The notes under the pieces were generated by a model, which saw only the letters and a program-made list of their open reading frames with translations, was not told where the DNA came from and did not search any database. A stretch of 63,863 bases of DNA, filler included, from Craspedostauros australis (taxonomy: Eukaryota), in NCBI GenBank assembly GCA_030167865.1. It is 13 parts of 13 records of this genome, joined end to end, with 100 filler letters (N's around TTAATTAATTAA, not from the genome) between each part and the next. Parts side by side here need not be neighbours in the genome. Positions count along the whole stretch, not along the records: positions 1 to 2,253 come from JALAGF010003596.1; positions 2,354 to 19,021 come from JALAGF010003597.1; 11 more parts are not named here. One strand, 5' to 3'. Positions within the stretch are counted from its first letter, which is position 1. Each line of letters opens with the position of its first letter. Positions 1-12,624 of this stretch are shown piece after piece. The translations under genes were made by a program, and so were the position numbers.

Positions 1-1562
1 CGTCCCAACGCAGGTCGTCGGCTGTGCGGCAGTTTGTCGAAGCTGCGGATGGTGACATTGAGCTGCCGCGTGACTTGTCTCAGACACCAATACCAATACG
101 CCTTGGAGGAATCGAGATCCTGGATGGATTCTGGCAATGGCACTGGCGCCGGTGATTCCCACGGTTTGGAATCGCCACTGAAATGGATGAAATCCCGATG
201 CGGGGCATGATCCAAGAACATGGGGTGGCGGGTGCTACCATAGTGGTTGGGGTGCTCCATGCCGATTGGGAGGCATGTCTTGTGCTGCGACCACAGCCAC
301 GACGACTTGTCGATCGCTTCTTTTCGCAGCAGCTTGGGTTTCCTTTCCTTCTGACCATTGTGCTTGCCACCGCCACTGTCGACATTGTCTGCAACGACTG
401 TCGTGATTGTTGCATTGGAGATGGTGGCGCCCAAACCAAACCCAAAACCAGTGTCATGACCAAGGTGAGAGTCAGGATGAGAATCAGAGGTGGATCCCCA
501 ATGCTCCATGTCATCGAGGTTGATGATGGTGACCTGTTGCTTGTGGAACTTGGTCCAATAGTAAAGCAAACCTTGATCTGCAAAGTCTCCGTGGAATGTC
601 CAGTTGATGCCGTCGTACAGCTCGGATGGTGGATATCCTGGCAACCCTGTCCATGATCCGTCCTTGGATTGGATGACACGCCATGGATCATCGTTGGGTA
701 TGGGAGTGCCCCAACCAACGACCGGATCCCAATGCGGATACGGCAATCGCAATGCCTCTTCTTCACGTCTGTGAATGATCTCCTGTATTTGGGGATAGTG
801 GGACACGGCGGGCTCCAAGAGGAAGATGCCACCATGGGCTGGTTCGTTGAACCATGCAAAGATGACGTTGGGCTGCAGCTTGCCGTCGATGGAGGCTTCC
901 AGCAGGTAATCGAGGTTGCACAACGGCATGGCATCGGAATCGAGGTAGAGAACGCGGGAGTAGTGATGCAGCTGCAGGATGCGGAACTTTTCCATTTGCG
1001 CAGCGTAGAAGTTGTCACGGACAGGCTTGGGGAGGTAGATGTACTTGACGCCCATGCGATGGAGCCATGTCTCGTCTCTGGCTGTGAGGGTGGTGTGGTT
1101 GGAGTATTTAGAGATCTGGAGCATGACGATGACATCGGCGTTGCTGCTGTGCGTCTGAAGGATGAACTTGGAGACGAGGATGTTGTAGATGTAGTTCCTG
1201 TAGGACCATGGTTTGTCAGGATCGCAACCTGCAACAAGGAAGGCGTATGCGTACTTTCTCGTGGTCGAAGAGTTAGTCGGCGGAGTGGACGCCGATCCTG
1301 ATGTTGTTGCCGCTGTTGCCAGTGCCGCTCGTGATGCTATTGTCCTTATTGCCGATGTTGCTGTTGGCTCGGCGATGTCCAACATGGAATGGACGATGTG
1401 CATGGAGTAGACGAGCTGGACGACGGCAAATAGCACGATGCAAAGTAGCATGATCAACGATCGAAATCGGTACCATGGTCGGCTCTGTGATTGAGATCCA
1501 GCAACGCCATTCTTCCGCCTCGATCCTTGCTCTTCGGAGATCGCTGCTGGGCGAGCTGTCAT
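1..1562 (-). CDS. Glycosyltransferase family 8 (glycogenin-like) type II membrane protein, 5' part (runs off the window edge; the 3' end is in contig 2)
   Basis: Manual translation from ATG 1562 gives MTARPAAISEEQ..., a TM anchor (LIMLLCIVLFAVVQLVY), KYAYAFLVAGC, DxD motif YSRVLYLDSD, DQGLLYYW and HFSGDSKPW. Missed by the ORF track because there is no stop in the window. Merged with 3628-3703 it gives 545 aa. Confidence 0.85.
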   Translation of the reverse strand, partial: MTARPAAISEEQGSRRKNGVAGSQSQSRPWYRFRSLIMLLCIVLFAVVQLVYSMHIVHSMLDIAEPTATSAIRTIASRAALATAATTSGSASTPPTNSSTTRKYAYAFLVAGCDPDKPWSYRNYIYNILVSKFILQTHSSNADVIVMLQISKYSNHTTLTARDETWLHRMGVKYIYLPKPVRDNFYAAQMEKFRILQLHHYSRVLYLDSDAMPLCNLDYLLEASIDGKLQPNVIFAWFNEPAHGGIFLLEPAVSHYPQIQEIIHRREEEALRLPYPHWDPVVGWGTPIPNDDPWRVIQSKDGSWTGLPGYPPSELYDGINWTFHGDFADQGLLYYWTKFHKQQVTIINLDDMEHWGSTSDSHPDSHLGHDTGFGFGLGATISNATITTVVADNVDSGGGKHNGQKERKPKLLRKEAIDKSSWLWSQHKTCLPIGMEHPNHYGSTRHPMFLDHAPHRDFIHFSGDSKPWESPAPVPLPESIQDLDSSKAYWYWCLRQVTRQLNVTIRSFDKLPHSRRPALG

Positions 1563-2253
1563 GATGGCGTTCGCAGACGTGAGCGTAGATGTGTGGGTGC
1601 TGCGTCTCTGGTCATCTCGCTTCGCGGATCTTCTCTCTGCCTTGTTTGCTCCTGCTTGCACCCATGCGATTGCGGATTGATCACATCATAGGTCGTATTA
1701 TACGTGCACGGATACTCGCAGAGGTAGAAGTATGAGCACTCGTAGCTCGTATGATGGTGGATGTGAGCAATGCGAAAGATACCATCAACAACGACGTCGG
1801 CGAAGGCGAGGATGCCAGCGCCATCTACCATCGCGCCTCAACACGCTGATCGAAGCTATTGGAATCTGGGCTGATGGTAACGACTGTGGATGATCAGTGT
1901 GTGTGCTAACTGTGTTGTGTAGGGAATTATGAGGCATACCTCGCTNCTTTTGTTGTGTTTCGCTTTGTTCTGTTCCATCAGCGTTCGTGCACGTATTTCG
2001 ATGTTTGCCTTCTCATTTCTCTCTGCTGTTGCGTCTTGATCGCTGCTGTGTGGTCGTCGTATCTTTTGTGTTTCCGATTCATGCGATCGTAGCTCCATGT
2101 CTCCGGCTCGTGCGGTCGTGGCTCCAATACGCCCCTTTATAACCTCACTTGTCAATGGGCACGTGAGGTTGTAATCCAGACACAGGGCAACTCACGTGTG
2201 CTTCTTTCAGCATGGGTAGTAGGCTCAGCTGGTTGTGGATCGTCCGGACAGTA

Positions 2254-2353
2254 NNNNNNNNNNNNNNNNNNNNNNNNNNNNNNNNNNNNNNNNNNNNTTA
2301 ATTAATTAANNNNNNNNNNNNNNNNNNNNNNNNNNNNNNNNNNNNNNNNNNNN
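2254..2353. other. Artificial contig linker (N44-TTAATTAATTAA-N44, stops in all six frames). Also at 19022-19121, 21076-21175, 23130-23229, 24479-24578, 28746-28845, 37568-37667, 42394-42493, 54726-54825, 56937-57036, 61183-61282, 62726-62825
   Basis: Identical 100-nt block repeated 12 times; ORFs are cut at its edges. Confidence 0.99.
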
Positions 2354-3703
2354 AACTCTTCGACCACGAGAAAGTACGCATACGCCTTCCTTGTTGCAGG
2401 TTGCGATCCTGACAAACCATGGTCCTACAGGAACTACATCTACAACATCCTCGTCTCCAAGTTCATCCTTCAGACGCACAGCAGCAACGCCGATGTCATC
2501 GTCATGCTCCAGATCTCTAAATACTCCAACCACACCACCCTCACAGCCAGAGACGAGACATGGCTCCATCGCATGGGCGTCAAGTACATCTACCTCCCCA
2601 AGCCTGTCCGTGACAACTTCTACGCTGCGCAAATGGAAAAGTTCCGCATCCTGCAGCTGCATCACTACTCCCGCGTTCTCTACCTCGATTCCGATGCCAT
2701 GCCGTTGTGCAACCTCGATTACCTGCTGGAAGCCTCCATCGACGGCAAGCTGCAGCCCAACGTCATCTTTGCATGGTTCAACGAACCAGCCCATGGTGGC
2801 ATCTTCCTCTTGGAGCCCGCCGTGTCCCACTATCCCCAAATACAGGAGATCATTCACAGACGTGAAGAAGAGGCATTGCGATTGCCGTATCCGCATTGGG
2901 ATCCGGTCGTTGGTTGGGGCACTCCCATACCCAACGATGATCCATGGCGTGTCATCCAATCCAAGGACGGATCATGGACAGGGTTGCCAGGATATCCACC
3001 ATCCGAGCTGTACGACGGCATCAACTGGACATTCCACGGAGACTTTGCAGATCAAGGTTTGCTTTACTATTGGACCAAGTTCCACAAGCAACAGGTCACC
3101 ATCATCAACCTCGATGACATGGAGCATTGGGGATCCACCTCTGATTCTCATCCTGACTCTCACCTTGGTCATGACACTGGTTTTGGGTTTGGTTTGGGCG
3201 CCACCATCTCCAATGCAACAATCACGACAGTCGTTGCAGACAATGTCGACAGTGGCGGTGGCAAGCACAATGGTCAGAAGGAAAGGAAACCCAAGCTGCT
3301 GCGAAAAGAAGCGATCGACAAGTCGTCGTGGCTGTGGTCGCAGCACAAGACATGCCTCCCAATCGGCATGGAGCACCCCAACCACTATGGTAGCACCCGC
3401 CACCCCATGTTCTTGGATCATGCCCCGCATCGGGATTTCATCCATTTCAGTGGCGATTCCAAACCGTGGGAATCACCGGCGCCAGTGCCATTGCCAGAAT
3501 CCATCCAGGATCTCGATTCCTCCAAGGCGTATTGGTATTGGTGTCTGAGACAAGTCACGCGGCAGCTCAATGTCACCATCCGCAGCTTCGACAAACTGCC
3601 GCACAGCCGACGACCTGCGTTGGGACGCTATCCGACCTTCAAATCAATGAAGAACACGATCGAATCTAAACGGAAACAGCAGCAGCAACATCAACAGCAG
3701 TAG
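2354..3703 (+). CDS. Same GT8 glycosyltransferase, 5'-truncated copy containing the stop codon
   Basis: 2354-3627 is the reverse complement of 1-1274. The ORF has LYLDSD (DxD), DQG and HFSGxxKPW motifs and ends in poly-Q. Confidence 0.85.
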   Translation, partial: NSSTTRKYAYAFLVAGCDPDKPWSYRNYIYNILVSKFILQTHSSNADVIVMLQISKYSNHTTLTARDETWLHRMGVKYIYLPKPVRDNFYAAQMEKFRILQLHHYSRVLYLDSDAMPLCNLDYLLEASIDGKLQPNVIFAWFNEPAHGGIFLLEPAVSHYPQIQEIIHRREEEALRLPYPHWDPVVGWGTPIPNDDPWRVIQSKDGSWTGLPGYPPSELYDGINWTFHGDFADQGLLYYWTKFHKQQVTIINLDDMEHWGSTSDSHPDSHLGHDTGFGFGLGATISNATITTVVADNVDSGGGKHNGQKERKPKLLRKEAIDKSSWLWSQHKTCLPIGMEHPNHYGSTRHPMFLDHAPHRDFIHFSGDSKPWESPAPVPLPESIQDLDSSKAYWYWCLRQVTRQLNVTIRSFDKLPHSRRPALGRYPTFKSMKNTIESKRKQQQQHQQQ

Positions 3704-3896
3704 AAGTAGGAACAGGCAAGTGCAGCCGCGAAGCAATGTGCATTGCATAATAGAATAGAACAGAAGGCCAAGAGTAAATGCATTTGTAGATCTAAAGAGT
3801 TCTGTGATTCTCCCTACTCGTATTGTGGCGAGTTCACGACTGACGGTGAGCGGCTTGCTCTTGATACTGCTCGTGGTGTGACTGCTGACACCCGTC

Positions 3897-6800
3897 CTAT
3901 TTTGCCCAATGTGGCCACACGCGTGGCGGCACCCCGTACAGCTTGTCGAAATGTGTGGTAGCGTTGGGGTCCAGCGGGAAAACACATGGCGGACCATCAG
4001 GGCGGCGCTGCTGGTCGCGATCATTGCCATAAGTGTCGCCCGATGCTTCTTTGGCTTTCTTGGCGGCAATCTGCTTGGCCTTCTTCACCTCATCAAAGCC
4101 TGCCGTCGCGCGCTTGGACAAATCCACGGTGGTCACCTTTGCCGCGGATTGCAGCTCTGACAACACCTGCCGCTGTGCAGGCACGCTGTGATCCTCCTCG
4201 TTGGCGTCAGGCAGCCACATAGGAGGGCGCCGGATGTCAGATCGTCGGCGATTGTGGATTCCGGGCGGCTTGCTCCGTTCTTGCTTCTGCGACTTCGCAG
4301 CACCCCACACGGACACCACCTTCTGCAGGGCCGCGTCAATGGGCGTCACTCCGTTTGAGTTTTCCGCGTTGGGGCCCAGCGCAGGGACCTCCGAGGCCAT
4401 TTCGATCAGCATCTTCAGCGTTCCGAAATCGCTCTGCGTGAGACCGCCCTTCATCGTGCGATCCACGCACAGGTGCGTTAGCGAGTTGAGATCGGCATCG
4501 CGGACGGAGAGAGCTTCCTTCGCGCGGCTGGCCAGCTTGTCGATGAGGAACCTTGCCGTGATGCTATCCGCACCTTCCTTGATGGCTATCATCAACGGCG
4601 AGTGCTCAGCCTCCGGACAGAGCAGTGCTTCAGCCACCTCATCGTCGCTGCAGTTGGTCAGCAGAGCGTCGATCAATGCACGACATTGCTCCCACACCTT
4701 GCCCATCGCCTCTTCGGACGAAGCTGTATCCTTATCACCCAACCGCAGTTTGAGAACACCCTTGATTACATCGTCAGGAATGGCGAGGTGGACAGCATTC
4801 CAGTTCTTACCTCCGCTTGTCTTGTGTGGCTTGCATCCCATCTCGATCAGCTTCTTCACCCTGTCGTGTTGATAGGCCGATGTTGCTGCCTTGAGTGGAT
4901 TGATTCCACCTTTCGCCATCTCCTGGTTCAAGAAGATTTCCTTGGCTTCATCTTCGCTGGATGCCAACGATGCATCGACCATCGACTTGCACGCACACTT
5001 CACTGCGGCATCCATCATGTCGGACGGAACGTAGAATAGAGCATTCCTGCCGTCTCCGTCCTGTGCGCTGGGGCTAATAAGACGGTGAAACAGCTCATTG
5101 CGAGTGCAACCTGCACGCGCTCTCTTACACACCCACGTCACGCCAGGTGCCACACCTTTCGCTGGATAGCCATTATACTTCTGTATAGACTTCACCACCT
5201 TGAATTCGCTCATCTTGCCCTTCATTTTGAATATCCAATCCACCACCACCTTGTCCAACGAACCCGACACGAGGGCGTTGATGATCGCGGTTGACCCAAG
5301 AGCCATGGCGAACTGGATGATTGTTGGGCATGGTGGGGTGGAACTGTGTCTATTTCCATTGTGACGGTCCACCGACCAAGTTGGGGTGGTGACTCGGTAT
5401 CCAGCAGTCGGATCAAAGATCTCTTTCGTTTGTTTTTTGCGTGCCTTGACGGTTTTGGCGTCAAGATCACCAAACTCCTTCTTGTCCACCTCACCCTTCC
5501 ATCTCGCGACGGCAGCCACCGGAAGCAGATGCTCGCGGGCGATCTCGGCAATGGCGCTGAAGACCTCCACGTTGTCCATGGCAATTGCGAGCTGCGCCAA
5601 CGTCATGCATCCTAGATCTATGTTGGATGAACCATCTCCGAACAGGATGTAACGGATCTCGCGGTAGTTGAGCTTGTTTTTGGCTTCGGGATCCATTTGG
5701 CCATCGTCACTGTCCTCGTCACAATCCTCGTCGCTGTCTTCGTCGCTTTCGTTGTCACTGTGACCGTGGTCCGTGTCCTCGTCTCCAAGGTCTTCTTCTC
5801 CGGCCTCCTCGTCGTCGCAGTCCATGTCACCGCCGTCATCGTCGACGTCCATGCCATCGGCAGTGGATGCTGCAACCTTTGCCTTGCCTGGGTCGCCTTC
5901 CTCTTCGCTTTCTCCATCATCCTCGAGCTTTTCCACCAGCGCAATGAGGGCTTTCACCATGTTGACATCGCCACGGATGATGGCGAGCTCCATGGGCCTG
6001 AGTCTTGCTGGTTGATCGACCCAATCATGGGAGAAAGAATGAGGTTGCTGCTTCCACAGCTTCTGCTTCAACGCTCTGAGGTTGGTCTCTTGGTCAGCGA
6101 GCACGCTGGAACGATTCATCAACAGCATGTAGGCGGAGATCTTCGAGCTGGTCTTGTCCAGCGCCTTGCTCTGCGTCTGTTGGTTGCTGGCGAATCCTGC
6201 GGCGGCCTCCAGCTGCTGCCTCATCATGTCGGGCGTTGGGCGTGTGTTCTTGGGCGTTTCGCCTGCAGCGATCTCAAGGTTGTTGAGGCGCTTGAGCTTG
6301 TCCTTCAGGTTGAGTGTCTCCGGTTCGCCGTCGTCTTCTTCGCTGGCCTTCTGGGCATCACGAAGTGCCTTGCGCCAGTCCAGGTACGCCTGGTGCTGCT
6401 TCATGGCATTCTCGAAGATTGTCTGCACGCATTCCACGGAGCCAGACCGGACGGCGAGGAAGAGAGGGGTGTAGCCAACGGTGTCGATGATCGCAATCTT
6501 GGATTCGAGGCAGGCGTCGGATGCTGCCGCCGCGTCGCCTGTCGCCGCAGCCAGCAACAGGTTGTTGGCGGCATCTATGGCCGGATCTGGAAGGTTGTTG
6601 CCACGGAAGTTGCGATACGACAATCCCCAGGTCCAGTTACACAGTTGGTAGAAAGCGATCATCTGGAGTTCGCAGCAGTCCAGGAATGGCTCCATCTCCA
6701 TCGCTCCAGTTTGTGCTCTGTCAACGTACCCAGTTGCATCTGCTGGTTTTGCTTCGTTTGTGTCAGGATGACTCTTGCCGCCGTACGACTTGATCATCTT

Positions 6801-9800
6801 CGTCACTTCTTCCAAGCGCTCCCTGGCCTTCGCCTCGATTTCGTTATCTTCGTCAGTGATTTCCAGCTTATTGAGGGAGAAGTCTCTCACCTTCTTCATA
6901 TCTTCCTCTTGCTGGATGAGGATGGACCAAACGGCATACTTGTAGCGGTCGTTAGAGGAGTTGTTTTGCTTCTTGGTGGCTTGCTTGATGACGGTTTCAT
7001 GATTTTTGGTTTGCAGCTCGAGCTGCGACCTCTGCGCCTTGAGGTTCATTTCGTTCGATTTGCTCACGAGCGATGTCCGCTTGACTTCGTCAATGAGATC
7101 GAGCATCGCGGCTTGTCTAGTCGCTGGTTGCTGGCGCTGCCGCTTGTATCGGCCACCCGTGCTGTGCTTCTCTCCCTCAATTCGGATGGTTGCGTTTGCC
7201 AACGCTGCGTCATGCTCAAGATACGCCTTGAGGCAGTCAACGTCGGCATGCTGGACTGCCACGGAGATGGGACATCGGAAATTTTCGTATTCCCGCCTCA
7301 CCGAGCCGCTGTTGTAGTAGACGCGATTGCCGTTTGCGCGCATGGATTCTTGGAGCTGCTGCGCTCGTGCCTCCCACTCCTCCACTTCGTATGTGAGTGT
7401 CGCGCCTGCCTCGAGAAAGATGGAGACTGCCTCACTGTTGCCGCAGAAAGTGGCAAGGTACAGGGGTGTGCGAAAGCGCGTGTCGATCACATCCAGAGCC
7501 TTGGCCTTGCCACCATGCTTCGCGGCATCTCTTTCCGCAAGCATGCGCAGCAGGTGCAAGGATCGCGGATTGGTGGAGACGGCCAAGCGGTGCCACAATG
7601 AACTCATGTCCATGTCGACGCCTGCTGCGGTGCATCCAGCCTCCATGAGCACATCCAGCATCTCATCGATGAGTGGCTGGCCTTGCTCGCCGCATTCATT
7701 GGCAAAGACGGCCAGCAATGCCAACGAACTCAGACTCTCGTTGCGATCCTTGTGAACGGCACTCTTCTGGACGTCGGCGGAGTAGGACACAAGCAACTTG
7801 ATCATGTTGACGTGTCCCAGCACGATGGCGTATTGCAGCGGGTTCATCTTAATCACCCAGTCGGCGCCATCGATGTCGAAGATGTCCATGAGCACCTCCT
7901 CCTCGCTCTTCTCTTCTTCCTCTTCCTCCTTCTCGTCTCCGCCATCTTCTTCGCCTTCGTTGTCTCCGCTCTTCACATCAGACTTGTCCTTCGATGTGGC
8001 CATGGCTTGTGCGGCGAGCACCTTGCGCTTCTCCAGGATCATCTTGGCTGTGTCCACGTCGCCGCGGATGCCACACAAGTGCAACGCCGTGCGACCATCG
8101 GCCAGACGGTACTTCAAGTAGTCGGAGTCCGCATCCTTGTGCTTGAGGAGGATCTCTGCTGCCGCCGTGGAATGCGCCAGCACCGCCACGTGCAAGGCGG
8201 AACGACCCAAGAAATCACGGGACGTGAGCAGCACCTTGGACTCCTCTTCTGTCTTGCATGCCGCGAACATCTTCTCGATCTGCGCCACGTCGTTGGCAAT
8301 CACGGCCAGCATCAACGCCTCGGTGGCGCGGGACATGTAAGCGCCCTCGGTCCAGTCGCTCTCCGTGATGGGGTTGAAGGATCCGATCTGCTGACGTCCA
8401 GGATTGTCCACGAGCCACGACAGCTTGCCATGGACCATGGCTTCCATTCCTTCCGGAATGGTGTCTTCGGGGAACGGGGGGTCGTCGGGGAAGGGATCCT
8501 TGATGACTTCCTCCATGGATCCCACAGCGCAGACGTGGATCTTGTATTCACGCTCGCATGCCTTGACGCGGTTGTCGGCGGTGAATTCGATCTGGTTGAG
8601 GATGCGGTCCTTCTTCTTCATCTGCTTCTCGATCCTCTTGGCCGTCCAGTTGGGACCCCAAGGCAAGAAGACGGTGGAGTAGTTGGAGGCGTGCGTGGCA
8701 GCGAAAGCGGGGATCATGGTCTCGACGCCCTCGGCACGTTCGACGTTGCGGTCGTCACCAGCGATCTTGTAAATCTTGCTGCGGACCATCCACTCCATGC
8801 TGCCGTAGTATCCGCTTTTGGCCTTCGTCTTGAGCTGCGCCTCGATGCGGTAACGGAGACGTTCCATGGGGGTGCGGAGACGCTCCAGCATGAGAAGGCG
8901 AGACAATCCCTTGGTTTGATCGAAGCGTTTCTCGTAAAGGAACGGGTCCACACGATCACGGTCGAGGTTGGGAACGGCGACTGTTGGTTTGGTTTGGATT
9001 AGATTTGATTGGTTTGGGGAGATGAAGGTGCGACGGAGATGAAAGTAGAGGGGGTATTCGTATGGAGTAGAGATATTGGTTAGATTGGTGTGGCGATGAA
9101 GGGGCAATGTACGGAAGGCAGAAATCTACATTGTGCTCGAAGGAAGACAGGCAACAAAGAGTACTCTTGGCTGCAGACACTCACCTTCAAAGCCACGTTG
9201 GGCGTACTTTGCCAAACGCATCTCGTAGCTTGGGGAACGACGGGTCATGTCCACCGTGTTGCATTGGGTCTTCATGGCCAATGCCGTACGTGGGCAGACA
9301 TACACCTCCTTGCCATCGTAACCGACGGCACAGGCATCGACATCAAATCCCATCAAGATCTCGGAGGGAGAGTTGTAGAGACGCAGCACGATCTGAACGT
9401 GGCGGAATGGGTACTGCGACACCAAGGTGACGGCATGTGCCGAACGGAAGGCACGGATCTCGTACGGGTTGGCGGCCTGGACGGCATCGTAGATCTCAAG
9501 GAGCTTGGCTTCCGCCTCTTCCTCCGTAAGTCCGTAGAGGAAGAGATCGATGTCCGATCCGGGCAAGTAGTCATCGTGGAAGTACTTGCGGCGCTTGACG
9601 TGGGTGGCGGACCGACCACCGCCCTTGATCTCTTCTGGCAACGGTGCCATGCATCCAGCAACGGCGCCGCCAGCGCAGAAGACGTTGTTCCAATCGATGA
9701 AACGGAGCAAGCCTTCGGAGAAGCAATCCCAGGAGATCTGGAAGTCCTTGAGGTTGTCGACGGTGGTGAGATTGCCGACGGGGATCTTCTTGCGGAACTT

Positions 9801-10247
9801 GTTGGCGTCGGCCTTGGCGGCCTTGGCAGCGGCGCGGTTGCAGGCGCTTTCGTCATCGTCCTCGCTATCCTCCTCGTCGTCGTCGTTGTCATCGTTGTCG
9901 TCGTTGTCATCGTTGTCATCCTTCATCTCGTTGTTGTTGTCGGTTGCATCACCGCCCTCATCGAGGGGGAAGCAACGCGGGTTGGTGTCCTCATCCTTGA
10001 ACTCGGAGAGGCGCTTGAAGAGATCGGGGGTTCCGAAGGCGTTGAGGAGAAAGACGAAGGGATCGTCAATCTCCGGCACCTCCCAGGAATCGCGCTTGCG
10101 AGCGAAGAGTTCTCGGTAGAGATTCTCGGATTCGATGGCCTTGCTGCGGATGGAATCCAAATCCGCGAAGGACTTGATGTCGAGGACGTCTTGGATGAAG
10201 TCCTCCACCTTCATGGTCTTGGTGGTGGTGGTCAAAGATGCTTCCAT
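3897..10247 (-). CDS. 2048-aa protein: N-terminal pol-beta-fold nucleotidyltransferase-like domain plus multiple ankyrin-repeat clusters; two exons (10247-9185, 8980-3897)
   Basis: Intron 9184-8981 (GTGAGT...CAACAG, phase 1) joins RGFE to VAVPNLDR in frame (6147 nt). NTase signature VFCAGGAV...SDIDLFLYG...FDVD; ankyrin motifs GRSALHVAV, GRTALHLC, NPLQYAI, RTPLYLA, GYTPLFLAV, HSPLMIA, GVTPIDAA. Confidence 0.85.
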
Positions 10248-11881
10248 GATGGATGGGTTGGTGGTTGGTCAGGTTGGGGCTGTTGGGGGCTGTTGGTTGG
10301 TGATGGATGGCAGATGCTTCGCAAAGGGGGAGTTGGCTGCTTGTGCTTCAGAAACTTGCTATCGTTCGATTGACTGCTGTGGATGCGTCACTCGGGTGGT
10401 TGCAAGTTGTGAGAGGTTGAGGCAAGGAAGGTTGTTGCTCGCGCTTGCCCGTGATGCATTGGTGTTGAGGGTCTGCCTCTGTGTGTTTGGTTGCATTAAT
10501 GTTGCTGTGGGTGTTGCTGTGGGTGTTGCTGTGGGTGGAATGAACTTTCGATGTGGCCTTGCCTGTCAGTTGCTTGGTGACCTCGATTCCTCTCACACTG
10601 CCCACCCATGGATCTTTGTGGCGTGGTGGCGACGCTCTTCTTGCGTTTGTTCTCCGTTCCTCCACTGCGTTGCGTTGTGTTGCTCTTGTGGGTTGTGGGT
10701 TGGGAAGGTGGTGGTACCAGCTACGGGTTCCTGGTACAATCCGTACTGGTGTGGTGCCACGAAAAATTCGCATCCAATCATCCACATCGTATCTTTTCCT
10801 GCGTCTGACGTGACAGTTCTTTTGGTTGCGGATTTTTTTCATTCTGGCGGCACAGCCCGCGAGCTGCGTCTCGTTCCACAAGCAAGAAAGTTGCCGCCAC
10901 CTATCTACTCTCCTTCTGTGGGAATGGCGCAAGGAACCAAGACACCATCACGCACTATGTTGGCCAGTGCAAATGTCACACAAAGCTCTGAGTCTGTGAG
11001 GAACACTCAACACCCACCAGTTGTAGAGGAGGGTAGTTGCGACGCAACACACATGTATGAATATGAGGAGAGAGTAGAGAGTAGAGCACAGTAAAGTAGA
11101 GTACGAATATTGGAGCAATCTACTCAATCTATCATGCTATACTCTACTTCTCCACGATCCCTGCGCTCGTTGTGGAACGTCCAATCATAGGTACGTAGTG
11201 CAGAGTCCAAGCATACTGCATGGTCTGTGTATCGCCGTACGAATGCACTTGCTTCTCTTTCCCTGCACTCGGTCTGTCGCTATGCATGTGGAGATACTCT
11301 TCTTCTCCAACCATAGCCAGCCTTCGCATTGCCTTCCGTGTGGCGTCTCTCTCTCTCTACATTCGATAGATAGAGATTCAACTGATGCGACATCGTTGAC
11401 AACTTCTCCGAGTTGGCAGCGCACGCGCGTTGGGCGCATCGAAAAGTCTCAAAACAGAAGGCCCACTTTGTCGGTACACGACTGACAGACACCAGCTAAC
11501 GTGCGCGACATTCAAATTGGTCGCTCTGTATGGAACACAAAAGCCAGAGACTTTGTCAGAAAAGCCCTCGCGTGTCGCGATCAGCGTGGACACATCTCCG
11601 TGTGCCTCTGTTGCCTTCCTGGAAGTTGCAGTTCACGACCACGCACGGCAACACAGCAACACAGAGTAACACAACAACACAGAGTAACACAACAACACAG
11701 AGTAACACCGCATCAGAGGAATTCAAATGGCTCCGCAACTGCAAACGGTGCACACACAGAACCAACACCAAAGGTGACCACTGGCACAGCCACAGCCACA
11801 ACCGCAACAACACAATCAAAACAACGACATCCAAAGCCACCAGCGGCAACAGCAATAGCAATAACAACAACAGCAACCACA

Positions 11882-12624
11882 ATGCAGCCACCCACGATGA
11901 TAATGACATCGAGTTCACACTCACCTACGACAAGCAGGGAAATGAGGTCTCCTTCATCGCTATCACAAGAACGCAGAGTACAATTTGCAGACAGAGCGAC
12001 GCGGATCACGTTTGCGGAAACCACTGTGAGTCGCCATTTCGCTTGATTTGTGCAGCGAAGCGGTGATGTTTGTGGGAGGTGGCACGAGCAGGAGCGCTTT
12101 GTCGCCGTCTTCCGTTGAGAACGCGCATGCGCAACTGCATTCATCTGCAACCGCCATTCATCTTGGACATCGATCTGACACCTCCAGAGTACTCTCCGTA
12201 CTTGTATTTCTGCCCATCCTATCTCTCGCTGTCTCTCTGCTTCCTTTGTCTCGTTCTCCAACCACTCCCCTCTTCGTCCGCATGAACTTGGACTTCAACG
12301 CTTGCGGCACTTGCGACACTTCCACCATGACCAATCTTCCAATTCCGACCCACGATCTATCTCTTTCTCTCTTCCCCACAGTCGGTTGGAGGCATCTTCG
12401 ATGGTGTCATCTCGCTTTGTGAGCTGAACGACAGCATGGGGGACATGACGATAGAGAAGCGGCCAATTCCTCGCAAGGAGGATCACTCACCACCCAAATC
12501 GATGCCCATGGGACGCAGAAGTCGGAAAGCTGCGGTGCATTCCCTGCTGGTTCAGCAGGCCAACGATGTCGTGCAGATGCAAGAATTTGCGAACAAGAAC
12601 CGCATGCCGAATCTCATGTCGTGA
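11882..12624 (+). CDS. Small hypothetical protein, two exons (11882-12025, 12382-12624)
   Basis: GTGAGT donor at 12026 and pyrimidine tract plus CCCCACAG acceptor ending at 12381 join two ORFs in phase 0 (...RRVQFADRATRITFAETT|SVGGIFDG...). No recognisable domain; start uncertain. Confidence 0.4.

Noticed and set aside
1856..2253. Possible solo LTR fragment (TATAAAGG on the minus strand, end resembling ...GATTCCAATA)
   Set aside because: No second copy, PBS/PPT or TSD visible; not supportable.
2298..2309. Recurrent TTAATTAATTAA motif (PacI-like sites or a TSD)
   Set aside because: Always centred in N-runs of fixed length; a six-frame stop linker.
1..3627. Apparent 1.27-kb inverted repeat (1-1274 versus 2354-3627); similarly 23230-23676 versus 24579-25025
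   Set aside because: The arms lie on different contigs separated by an artificial linker and end at contig edges. They are assembly overlaps, not real palindromes.
5697..7601. Long antisense or alternative-frame ORFs (for example 634 aa here, 7683-9002, 9090-10373, 19252-20442, 35893-36948, 80-1237)
   Set aside because: Shadows of GC3-rich real genes on the opposite strand or another frame; no motifs.
10400..11750. Short repeats (GTTGCTGTGGGT x3 at about 10501; 18-bp CAACACAGAGTAACACAA x3 at about 11657) and the ORFs spanning them
   Set aside because: Ordinary UTR/intergenic low-complexity sequence with no coding signal.
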